A stretch of 64,000 nt of DNA from Gemmatimonadales bacterium (GCA_035692845.1 DASSHL010000151.1:30034-94033); one strand, 5' to 3'; shown: positions 26,007-34,775, counted from the stretch's first letter. Numbers and translations: made by a program. The notes: generated by a model from the sequence alone, not told the origin.

Positions 26007-26117
26007 TCACAGCCGCTCCAAGGCCCGCATGGCCCTGAGCCAATGACGACCGGTCTTCCAGGTGTGGTGCCAGCTCCGCGGTCGCTTCTTGCCCTTGTGG
26101 TGCTGGCGCCGGCTCAT
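26007..26117 (-). CDS. 36-aa very basic peptide
   Basis: MSRRQHHKGKKRPRSWHHTWKTGRHWLRAMRALERL; ATGA coupling to the upstream TM peptide. Confidence 0.3.
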   Translation of the reverse strand: MSRRQHHKGKKRPRSWHHTWKTGRHWLRAMRALERL

Positions 26118-26236
26118 CGGCGATCCCAGCGTCGCTGCACCCGCCGCTCGATCTTGATGCTCAGGTATTCGAGGGCGTAGATCAGGGCCAGCGTGGTGAT
26201 GATGAATAGCCCGGCCAGGACGTTCCCCCAGGTCAT
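26114..26236 (-). CDS. 40-aa single-TM peptide
   Basis: MTWGNVLAGLFIITTLALIYALEYL...; ATGA coupling to the nuclease gene. Confidence 0.35.
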   Translation of the reverse strand: MTWGNVLAGLFIITTLALIYALEYLSIKIERRVQRRWDRR

Positions 26237-26571
26237 TGCTCGATGGTACGTGATCCTCCCGAATAGGGAACGGCATGCCCGGCCTCGACCATGGCCTCGT
26301 TGATATTCACCCCGTCGACCCACAGGGTGCCGAGGTAGCGCCCGTACTTCTCCCTGGTGTCCTTGTGCGTGGTGACCATGTCGATGCCGCCGGCCAATTG
26401 GTCCGTCAACCAGTCCTTGGCGGCCAGCCCCTCGGCCGTGGACAGCTCGGGGGCGTTGATTCCGTAGAGCCGGAACGTATCGGCCCGGCGGATATCGAAC
26501 CCCAGGTCCACATCGAGGTGCAGAGTGTCGCCGTCGACTATGCGAATTACGTCAGCCCGGTACTGGTACAT
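26233..26571 (-). CDS. thermonuclease (staphylococcal nuclease-like)
   Basis: Start ATG 26571 after GGAGG; VIRIVDGDT...FRLYGINAPE...KYGRYLGTLWVDGVNINEAMVEAGHA is the SNase pattern. Confidence 0.75.
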   Translation of the reverse strand: MYQYRADVIRIVDGDTLHLDVDLGFDIRRADTFRLYGINAPELSTAEGLAAKDWLTDQLAGGIDMVTTHKDTREKYGRYLGTLWVDGVNINEAMVEAGHAVPYSGGSRTIEQ

Positions 26572-26588
26572 TGCAGCCTCCAATTGGT

Positions 26589-26596
26589 GGAATTCC
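26589..26596. promoter_or_regulatory. GGAATTCC palindrome 18 bp upstream of the nuclease start (candidate operator)
   Basis: The same 8-mer recurs at 27178-27185 at the other edge of the 660-bp intergenic region. Confidence 0.3.
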
Positions 26597-27177
26597 CGGC
26601 GCCTGTAAATACCCCTCCAAGAAGAACTCATCCTCCCATACAGCCAATAGACCCAGCAGCCCAGCTCGCATAGAGGCGAAAGGACCAACTCAGCAGGCCC
26701 GAATATCCCGCCTTTCCCAGGTCCCTCGGCCAGCTCCGCTGGCGGTGGCGCCGGCCAGTGTGCAGCTCGTTCACCCGAATTGCAGCGTTGCTCCTCCCAC
26801 TCGAGGCCAATGCTGCAGCTTATAGCCTCTGACCTGCACCTTTACCCCTTCATCGCTGCAATTCCAACGCCGCATGCAGCGATTAAAAGCCCTGGTCAGA
26901 GCGCTGAATTCGCACCGAGTAGTGAAGCATTTCAGGGCTGGCCCACTCACCCCCCACCCTTAAGTCGCACCCGCCCAACCGGGTGGGCCTGGACTCGCGG
27001 ATGGATTTTTGCTGAATAGCTCAGCGCAGTGGAGACGAATACGTTGTATGACAGTGGTCCGAGGATAGAATCAGGTCGAATAAACGGGGGCGAGCCGAAT
27101 TCGTGGGAGGGGGAAGGCGCCCGGAATTTCGCCCTCTGCAGGGGCAGTGGTCCGAAGAAATGGGAGAGTCATCAGGG

Positions 27178-27195
27178 GGAATTCCCGTCGAATTC
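27178..27195. promoter_or_regulatory. GGAATTCC-n4-GAATTCC tandem palindromes upstream of the RHH gene (candidate operator)
   Basis: ggaattcccgtcgaattcc, about 35-50 bp upstream of ATG 27230. Confidence 0.3.
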
Positions 27196-27229
27196 CTATT
27201 AACGAGCGACACCGGGAGGGGTCCTATAA

Positions 27230-27424
27230 ATGAAGCTGGCCGAGCCGCAGGGGAAAATCAAGCGGGAGGCGGTGACGTACCGGCTGCCGAGCTGGCTGCT
27301 GGCTCGGGTCCGGGCCGAAGCGGAAAAGACCGACGCCTCGGTGACCAGGGTGGTGGAGAACGCCCTGAGGGAATATCTTGCTCGGCGGTGCCCGGAGTGC
27401 GGGCAGTCGATACCGGGGGACTGA
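27230..27424 (+). CDS. ribbon-helix-helix (CopG/Arc-like) DNA-binding protein with C-terminal CxxC
   Basis: VTYRLPSWLLARVRAEAEKTDASVTRVVENALREYL is a beta-strand plus two helices RHH pattern; first gene after the large intergenic region. Confidence 0.65.
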   Translation: MKLAEPQGKIKREAVTYRLPSWLLARVRAEAEKTDASVTRVVENALREYLARRCPECGQSIPGD

Positions 27425-27426
27425 AC

Positions 27427-27606
27427 ATGGCCCAGCTCCAGCAATTCAAGTACCACCTCGACCGGGGCGGGACCTCGATCGTCTGCGAGGACTGCGGGGC
27501 GCTGGTGGAATTCACCGACGCCTCGACGGAGGCGCACAGCCTGTTCCACGAAAAGCTGGAGGAGGCCGCTCGGGCCGCCTTCTGGTCGCGGGCCAAGATC
27601 CGGTGA
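27427..27606 (+). CDS. hypothetical protein
   Basis: ATG 27427 (MAQLQQFKYHLDRGG...CEDCG). Confidence 0.45.
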   Translation: MAQLQQFKYHLDRGGTSIVCEDCGALVEFTDASTEAHSLFHEKLEEAARAAFWSRAKIR

Positions 27607-27935
27607 GCAGCTCGGAAATCGACCTCGGGCACGGCGTCTACATGCGGAAGCTGTGCTGGGAGCCGGACCGGGAATTGAATCCCCAGTACGCCCACCTGGA
27701 GGACGAGCCGTGGACGGGAATCGTCGTCGGGCACTTCCACGGCGATAAGCGCTGCGAGGGAGCGGTCCTGTTCGACACGCCGGCCAACCGCCATGGGAAC
27801 GACGGCAGCCGGGCGGTGTGGCAGGTGCAGAGCTGGGACCCGCTCACCCTCAGCCCGTCGATTCTGATGTCGCCCGAGAAGGGTGGCTGTGGGCTGCACG
27901 GCTTCATTCGGGAGGGGCGATGGGTCCCGGCATAA
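27603..27935 (+). CDS. hypothetical protein
   Basis: GTGA coupling at 27603. Confidence 0.5.
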   Translation: MSSSEIDLGHGVYMRKLCWEPDRELNPQYAHLEDEPWTGIVVGHFHGDKRCEGAVLFDTPANRHGNDGSRAVWQVQSWDPLTLSPSILMSPEKGGCGLHGFIREGRWVPA

Positions 27936-27964
27936 CGCTGGGAGTACGCGCTAGCTGGATAAGG

Positions 27965-27995
27965 TGAGGGCACCGGCCGGTAACCGGTGCCCTCA
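27965..27995 (+). terminator. intrinsic-terminator-like hairpin
   Basis: 12-bp perfect stem tgagggcaccgg / ccggtgccctca with 7-nt loop, 30 nt after the stop at 27935. Confidence 0.6.
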
Positions 27996-28027
27996 GCGGG
28001 CCATCTCCGACGAAAGGAAGACCCTCG

Positions 28028-28900
28028 ATGACGACGGTAACGCATCGTCGTAGGACCGAGTCTGTGCTCTCTGAATCGAAGCCGATCTTCAAGGTCATCC
28101 GCTTCACTGTCGAGCCGGCAACCGAATTCCTCGCTACCGCCGACCAGCTCCACCAGCGTCGGATCAAGCCTCTGATCGTGCGGGGATACGCTGACATGAT
28201 GCTCCGGGGCGAATGGACGTTGACGAATGACGCCATCTGCAAGGATGTCCGGGGGCGGCTGATCAACGGACGGCATCGATTGAGTGCGATCGTGCTGGCC
28301 GACGAGGAGATGCCTGGTATCGCCATTGACATGCTGGTCGGTTTGAATTTGCCGCTTGACAGCATGGTGGCGACCGACAAGGGCGCGGCACGTTCTTTCG
28401 GAGATCAATTTATGATCCAGGGCGAGAAGTACGCCCACGCCCTCGCTGCCACCATCAACGTGGAGCTGGGTTTTGAGGCCAACGGTGATTGGCACCCGCC
28501 GGCTGGGGCGCGGGCTACTTTTCCTCGTTTTCAGGAATTCCTTGATGACTACCCGGAGCTTCGGGAGATCATTCCGGCCTGGAGTGGGGCGGCTAAGAAC
28601 GGGCGGTTCCCGGTGCCGGTGGTGGCTTCTCTTTGGCGGCGGATGTCGGAGGTTGCCACTGAGGAAGAGGCTGACGATTTCTGGGCCGGGGTGTTGAATG
28701 GCGTCAACCTTTATGACGGCGATCCGCGGGTGGTGCTGCGGGATCGGGTGGCACAAACAAAGAGGTTCAACCAGTCCATGCCTCGGCGCATAATGATCGG
28801 TCTGACCGTCAAGACATGGAATTACTGGAGGGCCGGTCAGTCGGTCAGCACGAAGAGCCTTATTTTCCGGGCTACCGACACTGTTCGTCCTTTGAGCTGA
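28028..28900 (+). CDS. ParB/Srx-fold domain protein (atypical codon usage)
   Basis: GRLINGRHRLSAIV = DGxHR-type box; third-position GC is visibly lower than in flanking genes. Confidence 0.6.
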   Translation: MTTVTHRRRTESVLSESKPIFKVIRFTVEPATEFLATADQLHQRRIKPLIVRGYADMMLRGEWTLTNDAICKDVRGRLINGRHRLSAIVLADEEMPGIAIDMLVGLNLPLDSMVATDKGAARSFGDQFMIQGEKYAHALAATINVELGFEANGDWHPPAGARATFPRFQEFLDDYPELREIIPAWSGAAKNGRFPVPVVASLWRRMSEVATEEEADDFWAGVLNGVNLYDGDPRVVLRDRVAQTKRFNQSMPRRIMIGLTVKTWNYWRAGQSVSTKSLIFRATDTVRPLS

Positions 28901-28930
28901 GGGGAAGGTCATGGACAAGGGGGACGAGGA

Positions 28931-29347
28931 ATGGAGCGACGCAATTTCCTGAAGGGCCTTGTCGCCCTGCCGTTCGCCGGCAAGATGCTGGCCGGCATGG
29001 ACTGGGCCGCCATGGCCCCGGCCGAGGCCAGTGCCGCCGGCATGGGCGGCTACTCCTGCGTCGTTCCGCCCGGCACGATCCTGCCGTTCGTCGGTGAGGG
29101 GGCGCCTCCGGGCTTCCTGCCCTGCGACGGCCGCCTGGTGACCAAGGCCGCCTACCCGAAGCTCCACAGCGCCATCGGCGACGCCTTCGGTGCCGAGCGG
29201 TGGTTCGGGGTGAAGCGCATGCGGGTGCCGGACCTGCGGGCCAGCGCCCGGCCGGCGGCGGCCATCCGGGCCGACCAGCACGCCATCGAATTCGGTACCC
29301 CACCGATCTACGCCATGCCAGAGTTCCAGTACGTCATCAGGACGTAA
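28931..29347 (+). CDS. Tat-signal-bearing phage tail collar domain protein (MdpB-like)
   Basis: MERRNFLKGLVALPFAG has a twin-arginine motif (RRxFLK). GTILPFVGEGAPPGFLPCDGRLVTKAAYPKLHSAIGDAFG...VPDLR is the tail-collar domain pattern. Confidence 0.7.
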   Translation: MERRNFLKGLVALPFAGKMLAGMDWAAMAPAEASAAGMGGYSCVVPPGTILPFVGEGAPPGFLPCDGRLVTKAAYPKLHSAIGDAFGAERWFGVKRMRVPDLRASARPAAAIRADQHAIEFGTPPIYAMPEFQYVIRT

Positions 29348-29425
29348 CGGACAGACGGGCAGGAATGGGACAAACCGGCGTCGAACCCCTCTGGTGACCG
29401 ACACCTCACCTAGCTAGGGGGAGCC

Positions 29426-29611
29426 ATGCTGCACGAACTGTCCATCACCGACGAGGTAATAGCCCTGCCGTCCATCGCCGACACCGCCCAACTGCGGCGG
29501 CGCCACGGCCGGACCAGCAGCTACCGCAAGAACGTCTGCTTCATCACGCTCAATGGGAGCTGGAACGGCGCCAGCTTCCTGAACTGCTTCAACGGCTTCG
29601 GCGGTTTCTAA
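29426..29611 (+). CDS. 61-aa peptide with acidic N-half and Cys-x16-Cys, Gly/Phe/Asn-rich C-half
   Basis: ATG after GGGGGAG; high GC3 throughout (supports translation); MLHELSITDEVIALPSIADTAQLRRRHGRTSSYRKNVCFITLNGSWNGASFLNCFNGFGGF. Confidence 0.5.
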   Translation: MLHELSITDEVIALPSIADTAQLRRRHGRTSSYRKNVCFITLNGSWNGASFLNCFNGFGGF

Positions 29612-29638
29612 ATTCGGCTGGTGAGCCGGGCAGCGAGC

Positions 29639-29675
29639 AGGTCCCCCAGGGGGTAGCACGTCCTCTGGGGGACCT
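29639..29675 (+). terminator. terminator-like hairpin
   Basis: 11-bp perfect stem aggtcccccag / ctgggggacct with 15-nt loop, 28 nt after the stop at 29611. Confidence 0.5.
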
Positions 29676-29697
29676 TGCCGCGTCCATAATCGGTGGG

Positions 29698-29967
29698 GTG
29701 AACCTGACCAACGTGAACGGGGCCATCAACCTCCAGGCCACGCTGTCGGCCAGTTCGGCGGGGTCGGAGGGAGCGCCGATCGCCCCGCACCACCCCATCA
29801 CCCGTGCCGGCGAGCTGGAGTGGGATTTCGAGGCCGGCGAATTCCGGTGCCCTCACGCCGGCGTGCCGGTCAACGAGCAGCGCACCTCGCACTGCCTCGA
29901 CCACTCGATCGCCTTGCTGCTGATCGAAGAGGCGGTCAAGGCGTTCGGCAGTAGGATCGGCCCATGA
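29698..29967 (+). CDS. hypothetical protein
   Basis: GTG start; high GC3. Confidence 0.5.
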   Translation: MNLTNVNGAINLQATLSASSAGSEGAPIAPHHPITRAGELEWDFEAGEFRCPHAGVPVNEQRTSHCLDHSIALLLIEEAVKAFGSRIGP

Positions 29968-30239
29968 GCTGGAGAGCGCTCGGCCGGCAATGGAACGCCC
30001 AGCGTCTCAATCGCGGCCGGCCGTGGATCCCCGGCACGCCTGAGCGCCCCCAGGGTCGCCTCTTCGGCGCCCAGGAGGGCGGCCAGCTCCCGCTGCACAG
30101 CCCGCAGACCAAGGAAGCCTTGCGGCGCAAGGCGGTCGGTGAGCCGAACCCGGCCCATAATTGGCACGCCCCCTGGTTGCAGTGGGCCTTCCCGCGGCCC
30201 GGCGAGCGGAAGGTCACGCAGCGGAAGCTCGACCTGTGA
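29964..30239 (+). CDS. hypothetical protein (contains PQGRLFG)
   Basis: ATGA coupling; high GC3. Confidence 0.5.
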   Translation: MSWRALGRQWNAQRLNRGRPWIPGTPERPQGRLFGAQEGGQLPLHSPQTKEALRRKAVGEPNPAHNWHAPWLQWAFPRPGERKVTQRKLDL

Positions 30240-31123
30240 CCCGGCGTAAGGAATTCGAGTCGGCTCAGATCGGCCCTGAGGATGCCCGCCGGGCAAGCTT
30301 CGGGTTGGACTATTTCAAAGAGCGCAACCGCGCTCCCCAAGGCCGGCTGTTCGACACCAACGAAGTCCCGCTGGCCGAGCCGCATCAGCAGACCGCTCAG
30401 CAGTTCGCCAACGATCCCCGGTCCTGGTTTCACGGCCGGTTCCAGCACCCGGCGCTCCGAGGGATGCACGTCGACTCAACGGAGATGAGAAGGTCCGGCA
30501 ACGAGGGCGTCCATTTCGGGACCCGCCAGGCTGCCGTCGAGCGATTGACGGCGCAGGGCACACCGCGGGAGGTCCCGCATCCGCACACCGGGGAGGACCG
30601 GGCAACCGCCGTCTCGCGGGTGTTCGCTGTCCGGCACGCCGGCCGAACGGCCAACGAGCCAAAGCGGGCCATCCCTGACCAGTGGAGTGACTGGTACAAG
30701 ATGCCCGAGGATGTCGGCGAGTACTACCGCAACGAGGTGGAAGACATCGGCTCGATCTCGATCCGGGTCCCTGGGATGCACCACGTCGTGAGCCATCGGC
30801 AATTCGTTCAGCAGGCCGTTAAGCAGGGGAAGAACGTCCACCCCATCATCAAGGCCGAAGCCGAGCATCTCCCTGAATACGCGGCCTCTGGCGTCACCCC
30901 CCAGGAAGAAGAGCACGCTGCTCACCAGGCCAGCATCAGGTCGCAGTGGGAGGGCGGCCAGCGGCTGTTCCGACCGAACGACGTGGAGTGGCCGGCGGCG
31001 GGAGAGCATCGCCGGAAGGCGCTGCTGGAAGAGCATCTGCTCGACAAGCAGGCACAGTTCAAGAAGAAGAACCCGGCGCTTTCCAGCGAGCTGGACAAGT
31101 TCGGGAAGCTGTTGGGGGACTGA
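30236..31123 (+). CDS. hypothetical protein (N-terminal TRRKEF tag, PQGRLFD motif)
   Basis: GTGA coupling at 30236; 295 aa. Confidence 0.55.
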   Translation: MTRRKEFESAQIGPEDARRASFGLDYFKERNRAPQGRLFDTNEVPLAEPHQQTAQQFANDPRSWFHGRFQHPALRGMHVDSTEMRRSGNEGVHFGTRQAAVERLTAQGTPREVPHPHTGEDRATAVSRVFAVRHAGRTANEPKRAIPDQWSDWYKMPEDVGEYYRNEVEDIGSISIRVPGMHHVVSHRQFVQQAVKQGKNVHPIIKAEAEHLPEYAASGVTPQEEEHAAHQASIRSQWEGGQRLFRPNDVEWPAAGEHRRKALLEEHLLDKQAQFKKKNPALSSELDKFGKLLGD

Positions 31124-31131
31124 AAGAGCGA

Positions 31132-31157
31132 GGCCCCAGGTATCGCCACCTGGGGCC
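31132..31157 (+). terminator. terminator-like hairpin
   Basis: 10-bp perfect stem ggccccaggt / acctggggcc with 6-nt loop, 9 nt after the stop at 31123. Confidence 0.55.
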
Positions 31158-31266
31158 GGCTCCACAACAAGGAGATGAAACATGTCCGAGCGGACTCTTC
31201 GAGGATAGGGCCTGCAGGGGGCACGCGCAAGACGCTACCCTGGAGGTCTTGTCTATTGGAGGACCG

Positions 31267-31917
31267 GTGGGGAACTTCATCCAGTGGTTGCGCGTCGAGG
31301 TCATGAAGCACTGGAAGTGGCAGGGCCAGCCGCATGAGATGACGATGCGGGCCACGGTCGAGGCCATGCGCCACGGTGCCGAGCGGCGGGTGCGGAGCTG
31401 TCTCGTACAAGCCATGGGCGCTGAAAAGCTCTACCTGCAGGACGCCACGGTCCACGCCGCCATCGACACGATCGCCGCCGTCGCCGTGGCCGGGATGTTC
31501 GGGGAAATTCCGTTGACGGCCGAGGAGAAGAACGCCAAGCTCGGCGCCTTGGAGCAGATGATCGGCACCATGGGCGGCCCGAGCGTGCTCGGGACCTCCT
31601 GGGACCAGGCGATGAAGCCCCAGGCGGCCTCGGTCACCAAGGACGACATCGTCGCCGCTCTGAAGCAGATGCCGAAGCCGCAGTCGTACCAGTACGTCGT
31701 CCACCCGTCGGTCAAGCAGGCCATCTCCGACGAAGGCAAGAAGCCCATGCAGGCCAAGAAGTCGGGCCTGCCGGCGGCTAAGACGGCGAAGAAGGAAGAG
31801 GATCAGGCCCTCGATGATCTGTGGGCCAGGGTGTCGAAGAAATCGGACGAGCTACTCGGGATCAAGCAGTCGGAGAAATACGCTGAGCTGGTCGGACTCG
31901 ACCCGGAGGAGATCTAG
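31267..31917 (+). CDS. hypothetical protein
   Basis: GTG 31267 six nt after GGAGGA; the upstream part of track ORF 30946 overlaps the previous gene and the terminator. Confidence 0.5.
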   Translation: MGNFIQWLRVEVMKHWKWQGQPHEMTMRATVEAMRHGAERRVRSCLVQAMGAEKLYLQDATVHAAIDTIAAVAVAGMFGEIPLTAEEKNAKLGALEQMIGTMGGPSVLGTSWDQAMKPQAASVTKDDIVAALKQMPKPQSYQYVVHPSVKQAISDEGKKPMQAKKSGLPAAKTAKKEEDQALDDLWARVSKKSDELLGIKQSEKYAELVGLDPEEI

Positions 31918-32519
31918 TGGCAGGAGACGTTGTAAAGACCGGAGCTGCGGCGGCCGACATCTGGGCCTCCGTCGCCGAGGAGATGAGACGGTACGAGAAG
32001 CTCATGGCGCGCCAGCAGTTCACCGGCCGCAAGGAATTCCTGGCGCTCTACAAGCAGGATTTCCAGTTCGACTCCAAGCCGAAGTGGAGCGAGTACGAGT
32101 ACAAGAGCATGCCGGGCCAGGGCCAGTGGGTGGCCGGTGATACCGAGGCGCTCGATTTCGAGAAGGCCAAGCCGTTCATCCGCGCCGTCATTGAGCGCAT
32201 GCTCGACCTGCTGTCGTCCGAGGAGAACTGGACGAAGGGTGTCACCCACAAGAAGGGCAAGAACGGCGAGGACCAGTGGTGCCTCATCGGTGCTCAGGCG
32301 CAGGCGCTGGCTGACCTGTCGCTCTCCGAGTACCAGGCTGACCGCACCGTCGAGGAGCAGCGGCGCAAGGTGCTCAAGGCCGTCGAGCTGTTCCTGCTGA
32401 AGTCACTGGAGGAGGAGAAGGGCTTCAAAGCCATGCCCTCCTTCAATGACGCCGACGAGACGGACTTCGAGGACATCCGGCTCTGGCTGAAGACTGCCCT
32501 CGGCGCCGTCGCGGACTGA
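31917..32519 (+). CDS. hypothetical protein
   Basis: GTG start overlapping the upstream stop. Confidence 0.5.
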   Translation: MAGDVVKTGAAAADIWASVAEEMRRYEKLMARQQFTGRKEFLALYKQDFQFDSKPKWSEYEYKSMPGQGQWVAGDTEALDFEKAKPFIRAVIERMLDLLSSEENWTKGVTHKKGKNGEDQWCLIGAQAQALADLSLSEYQADRTVEEQRRKVLKAVELFLLKSLEEEKGFKAMPSFNDADETDFEDIRLWLKTALGAVAD

Positions 32520-32836
32520 TGGTCAGCCGGCGTCGGCTGCCGCCGGCCAACGGCAACGGACACAGCAACGGCGCCTCGGCCGTCATTCCCACGCTGCGGA
32601 AAGGCGACCGGGCGCGCCGGCTGCCCGCCGGGCCGATCGGCATCGTGCTCAAGACGGAGAAGCACCGGGCGCTCATGCACTGGGGGACAACGTCGTTCCC
32701 CGGTGCTCATGGGCTGGTCGAGAACCGCATCGAGGAGTGGGTGCCCAAGATCGAGCTGGAGCGTGTCGCCGAGCGCATCGTGACCGACGAGGAGATCGCC
32801 CAGCGTCAGCAGCGCAGAGCGCTCGGAGCGTCGTGA
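32519..32836 (+). CDS. hypothetical protein
   Basis: TGATG coupling. Confidence 0.5.
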   Translation: MVSRRRLPPANGNGHSNGASAVIPTLRKGDRARRLPAGPIGIVLKTEKHRALMHWGTTSFPGAHGLVENRIEEWVPKIELERVAERIVTDEEIAQRQQRRALGAS

Positions 32837-33078
32837 CGGTCATCCGGCGCATCTACGTGATCGCCGGCACCTGGGGCGAATTCATGGGCTGGTGCCACGA
32901 CAACGACATCTCGCGGAACGACCCCCGAGTTCGTTTCGTCAGCGATTTCTCGAAGCTCTACGGCGTGCCGGACATCGAGGAGTCGAAGGGTGACAAGGTC
33001 GTGCTCTACGGGACGTACAGGGCGCGCTACGACTGGCCCGAGATGGCCGAGGTGCTAGCGACGCGGTGGAGGGACTGA
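32833..33078 (+). CDS. hypothetical protein
   Basis: GTGA coupling. Confidence 0.45.
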   Translation: MTVIRRIYVIAGTWGEFMGWCHDNDISRNDPRVRFVSDFSKLYGVPDIEESKGDKVVLYGTYRARYDWPEMAEVLATRWRD

Positions 33079-33320
33079 TGGCTCCTGACGCAATGCGCTT
33101 TGCCGGCGGGCCGCTTGACGGCCTCGTCTATCCGGCCCCCGAGTGGCCGCCGCCCGAGGAGATCGACTTCAACCTCGTCCTGCTCGCCTGCGCCCACCTG
33201 GGGCGAGAGGTAGCCGAAGAGGGTCACTACAAGCGGGTCAGCTACAGCCCGCTGCCCGACTCGGTGCGGGAGTCGCCGCACCTGTTCCGGGGCGGCCAGT
33301 ACGAGTGGGTGTCGGTATGA
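33078..33320 (+). CDS. hypothetical protein
   Basis: TGATG coupling at 33078. Confidence 0.45.
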   Translation: MAPDAMRFAGGPLDGLVYPAPEWPPPEEIDFNLVLLACAHLGREVAEEGHYKRVSYSPLPDSVRESPHLFRGGQYEWVSV

Positions 33321-33607
33321 ACGACCGGGTGATCCTCCGGGGCCGCACCACCATGCCCTTCGGCGCCCGCAGGCAGTGTGATGTCTGTGGCCTGCTCGAA
33401 GCCGAGCACCCCGAGCCGCTCGGGAACGACTGCTACCGCCGGATCGTGGCCGCCCGCTTCCCTATGAGCGCCCCAGCTCGCTGGGCGGCCCGTAGAAGCC
33501 CGCTGGAGGTCCGCAGGGCTACGGAGTCGGGGACGTTGCTCCAAGGCCACCTGGCGGGCCTCTGGCGGGCGCTGGGGCACGCCCCGGTGGTCTGGGCGGT
33601 GAAGTGA
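33317..33607 (+). CDS. hypothetical protein
   Basis: ATGA coupling at 33317. Confidence 0.45.
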   Translation: MNDRVILRGRTTMPFGARRQCDVCGLLEAEHPEPLGNDCYRRIVAARFPMSAPARWAARRSPLEVRRATESGTLLQGHLAGLWRALGHAPVVWAVK

Positions 33608-33849
33608 TGAGCGGCGTCCTGCAGCGCACCGAGTACCTCGTCTTCTTCGACCGGACCCCGGCCGGTCGCAAGACCCAGATCGTGAACGTCGTGTCGAAGC
33701 TGCACGGCGACGTGCTCGGAGAGATTCGCTGGTACGGCCGGTGGCGCCAGTACGCCTTCTACCCGCGGGCCGACACAATCTGGAACCCGCAGTGCCTGGA
33801 CGAGGTCACCGAGTTCGTGCGGGAACTTATGAGGGCCAGGAGGGCCTGA
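33604..33849 (+). CDS. hypothetical protein
   Basis: GTGATG coupling. Confidence 0.5.
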   Translation: MMSGVLQRTEYLVFFDRTPAGRKTQIVNVVSKLHGDVLGEIRWYGRWRQYAFYPRADTIWNPQCLDEVTEFVRELMRARRA

Positions 33850-34073
33850 TGGAGATGCGGGTGCGGGAAGACGACGAGGGCGAGATCTGGATGCCTCGTA
33901 CTGACGTGGCCGCCGCCATCCGGGCGATCGGCCAGGATTACCTGCAGCACGTCCCGGCCCACGCCTCGGCCGGCGAGTTTCTGGAGGCCCTGCTCGATCG
34001 CCACGCTGATTTCGTGCTCGGGCAGGTGGCGGATTTCTTCGAGAAGGGACCGAGCGGAGATGGAACTGGGTGA
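33846..34073 (+). CDS. hypothetical protein
   Basis: ATGA coupling at 33846. Confidence 0.45.
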   Translation: MMEMRVREDDEGEIWMPRTDVAAAIRAIGQDYLQHVPAHASAGEFLEALLDRHADFVLGQVADFFEKGPSGDGTG

Positions 34074-34224
34074 CCGCTGCGAGATCTGCGGCAAGCCGAG
34101 CCAGCTCGTCTATGCCATGGTGCGGCTGCCGGACGGCCGCTGGGTGCCGGCGCAGGTCCACATCATGTGCGAGAACAACAAGGTGGCGAAGAACCGCTTC
34201 GCTGGCATGACCCGCCAGAATTGA
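34060..34224 (+). CDS. 54-aa zinc-ribbon protein (below track cutoff)
   Basis: My translation: MELGDRCEICGKPSQLVYAMVRLPDGRWVPAQVHIMCENNKVAKNRFAGMTRQN; high GC3. Confidence 0.45.
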   Translation: MELGDRCEICGKPSQLVYAMVRLPDGRWVPAQVHIMCENNKVAKNRFAGMTRQN

Positions 34225-34265
34225 ACCCCTACCCCCACGCGCCCGCGAGGAGAGCAGTGGTCACC

Positions 34266-34682
34266 TTCAATTCCTACGATCTGACCCTGGAGCCGGCGCT
34301 GGAGCGCCTGAGGCAGTGCGCCAGGGGCGAGCGGGCCGTGCTCTGCGAGTACCCGTCGTGGCTTCGGGAAGTCAGCTACAAGCCGAATTTCCGCTTCGAC
34401 ATCATCTGTGAGCAGACGGTCTGGTCTTTCGGTCAGTCCCACGACCACCGTTTCATCTGTGTCGCCGAGTTCGATGACGCCTACCACCAGGATCGGAAGA
34501 CCCACGTCGCCTTCAACTACGGAGTGCGGGGCGAGCTGCCGAAGGAGGCGTTCATCGACTACATCCGGCACTGCTTCTGGATGATCGAGCAGCATGAGCT
34601 GGACGAGTTCCTCCGGGTCGACGGCGTCCCGGTTAGAGATCCGCACGGTGGGGTAACTGACGGTCTGCCCCAGGGCCGGTGA
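34266..34682 (+). CDS. hypothetical protein
   Basis: GTG 34266 after GAGGAGAG. Confidence 0.5.
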   Translation, partial: FNSYDLTLEPALERLRQCARGERAVLCEYPSWLREVSYKPNFRFDIICEQTVWSFGQSHDHRFICVAEFDDAYHQDRKTHVAFNYGVRGELPKEAFIDYIRHCFWMIEQHELDEFLRVDGVPVRDPHGGVTDGLPQGR

Positions 34683-34775
34683 CAGCCACCCTGAGCCGGT
34701 CCCGCTTGGGCAGGGGCGAGCGCCGATGGTGCCGGCGCCCGACCCCCGCCCGCGTCGGAGCCTAAGCTGGGAATC

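Noticed and set aside
25795-26043. Minus-strand 82-aa ORF with a CVRCGHG...CVCGC motif.
   Set aside because: It overlaps the 3' 108 nt of the plus-strand gene 25624..25902. It also reads straight through the 11-bp inverted repeat (25911-25951), which better explains the sequence. Weak composition.
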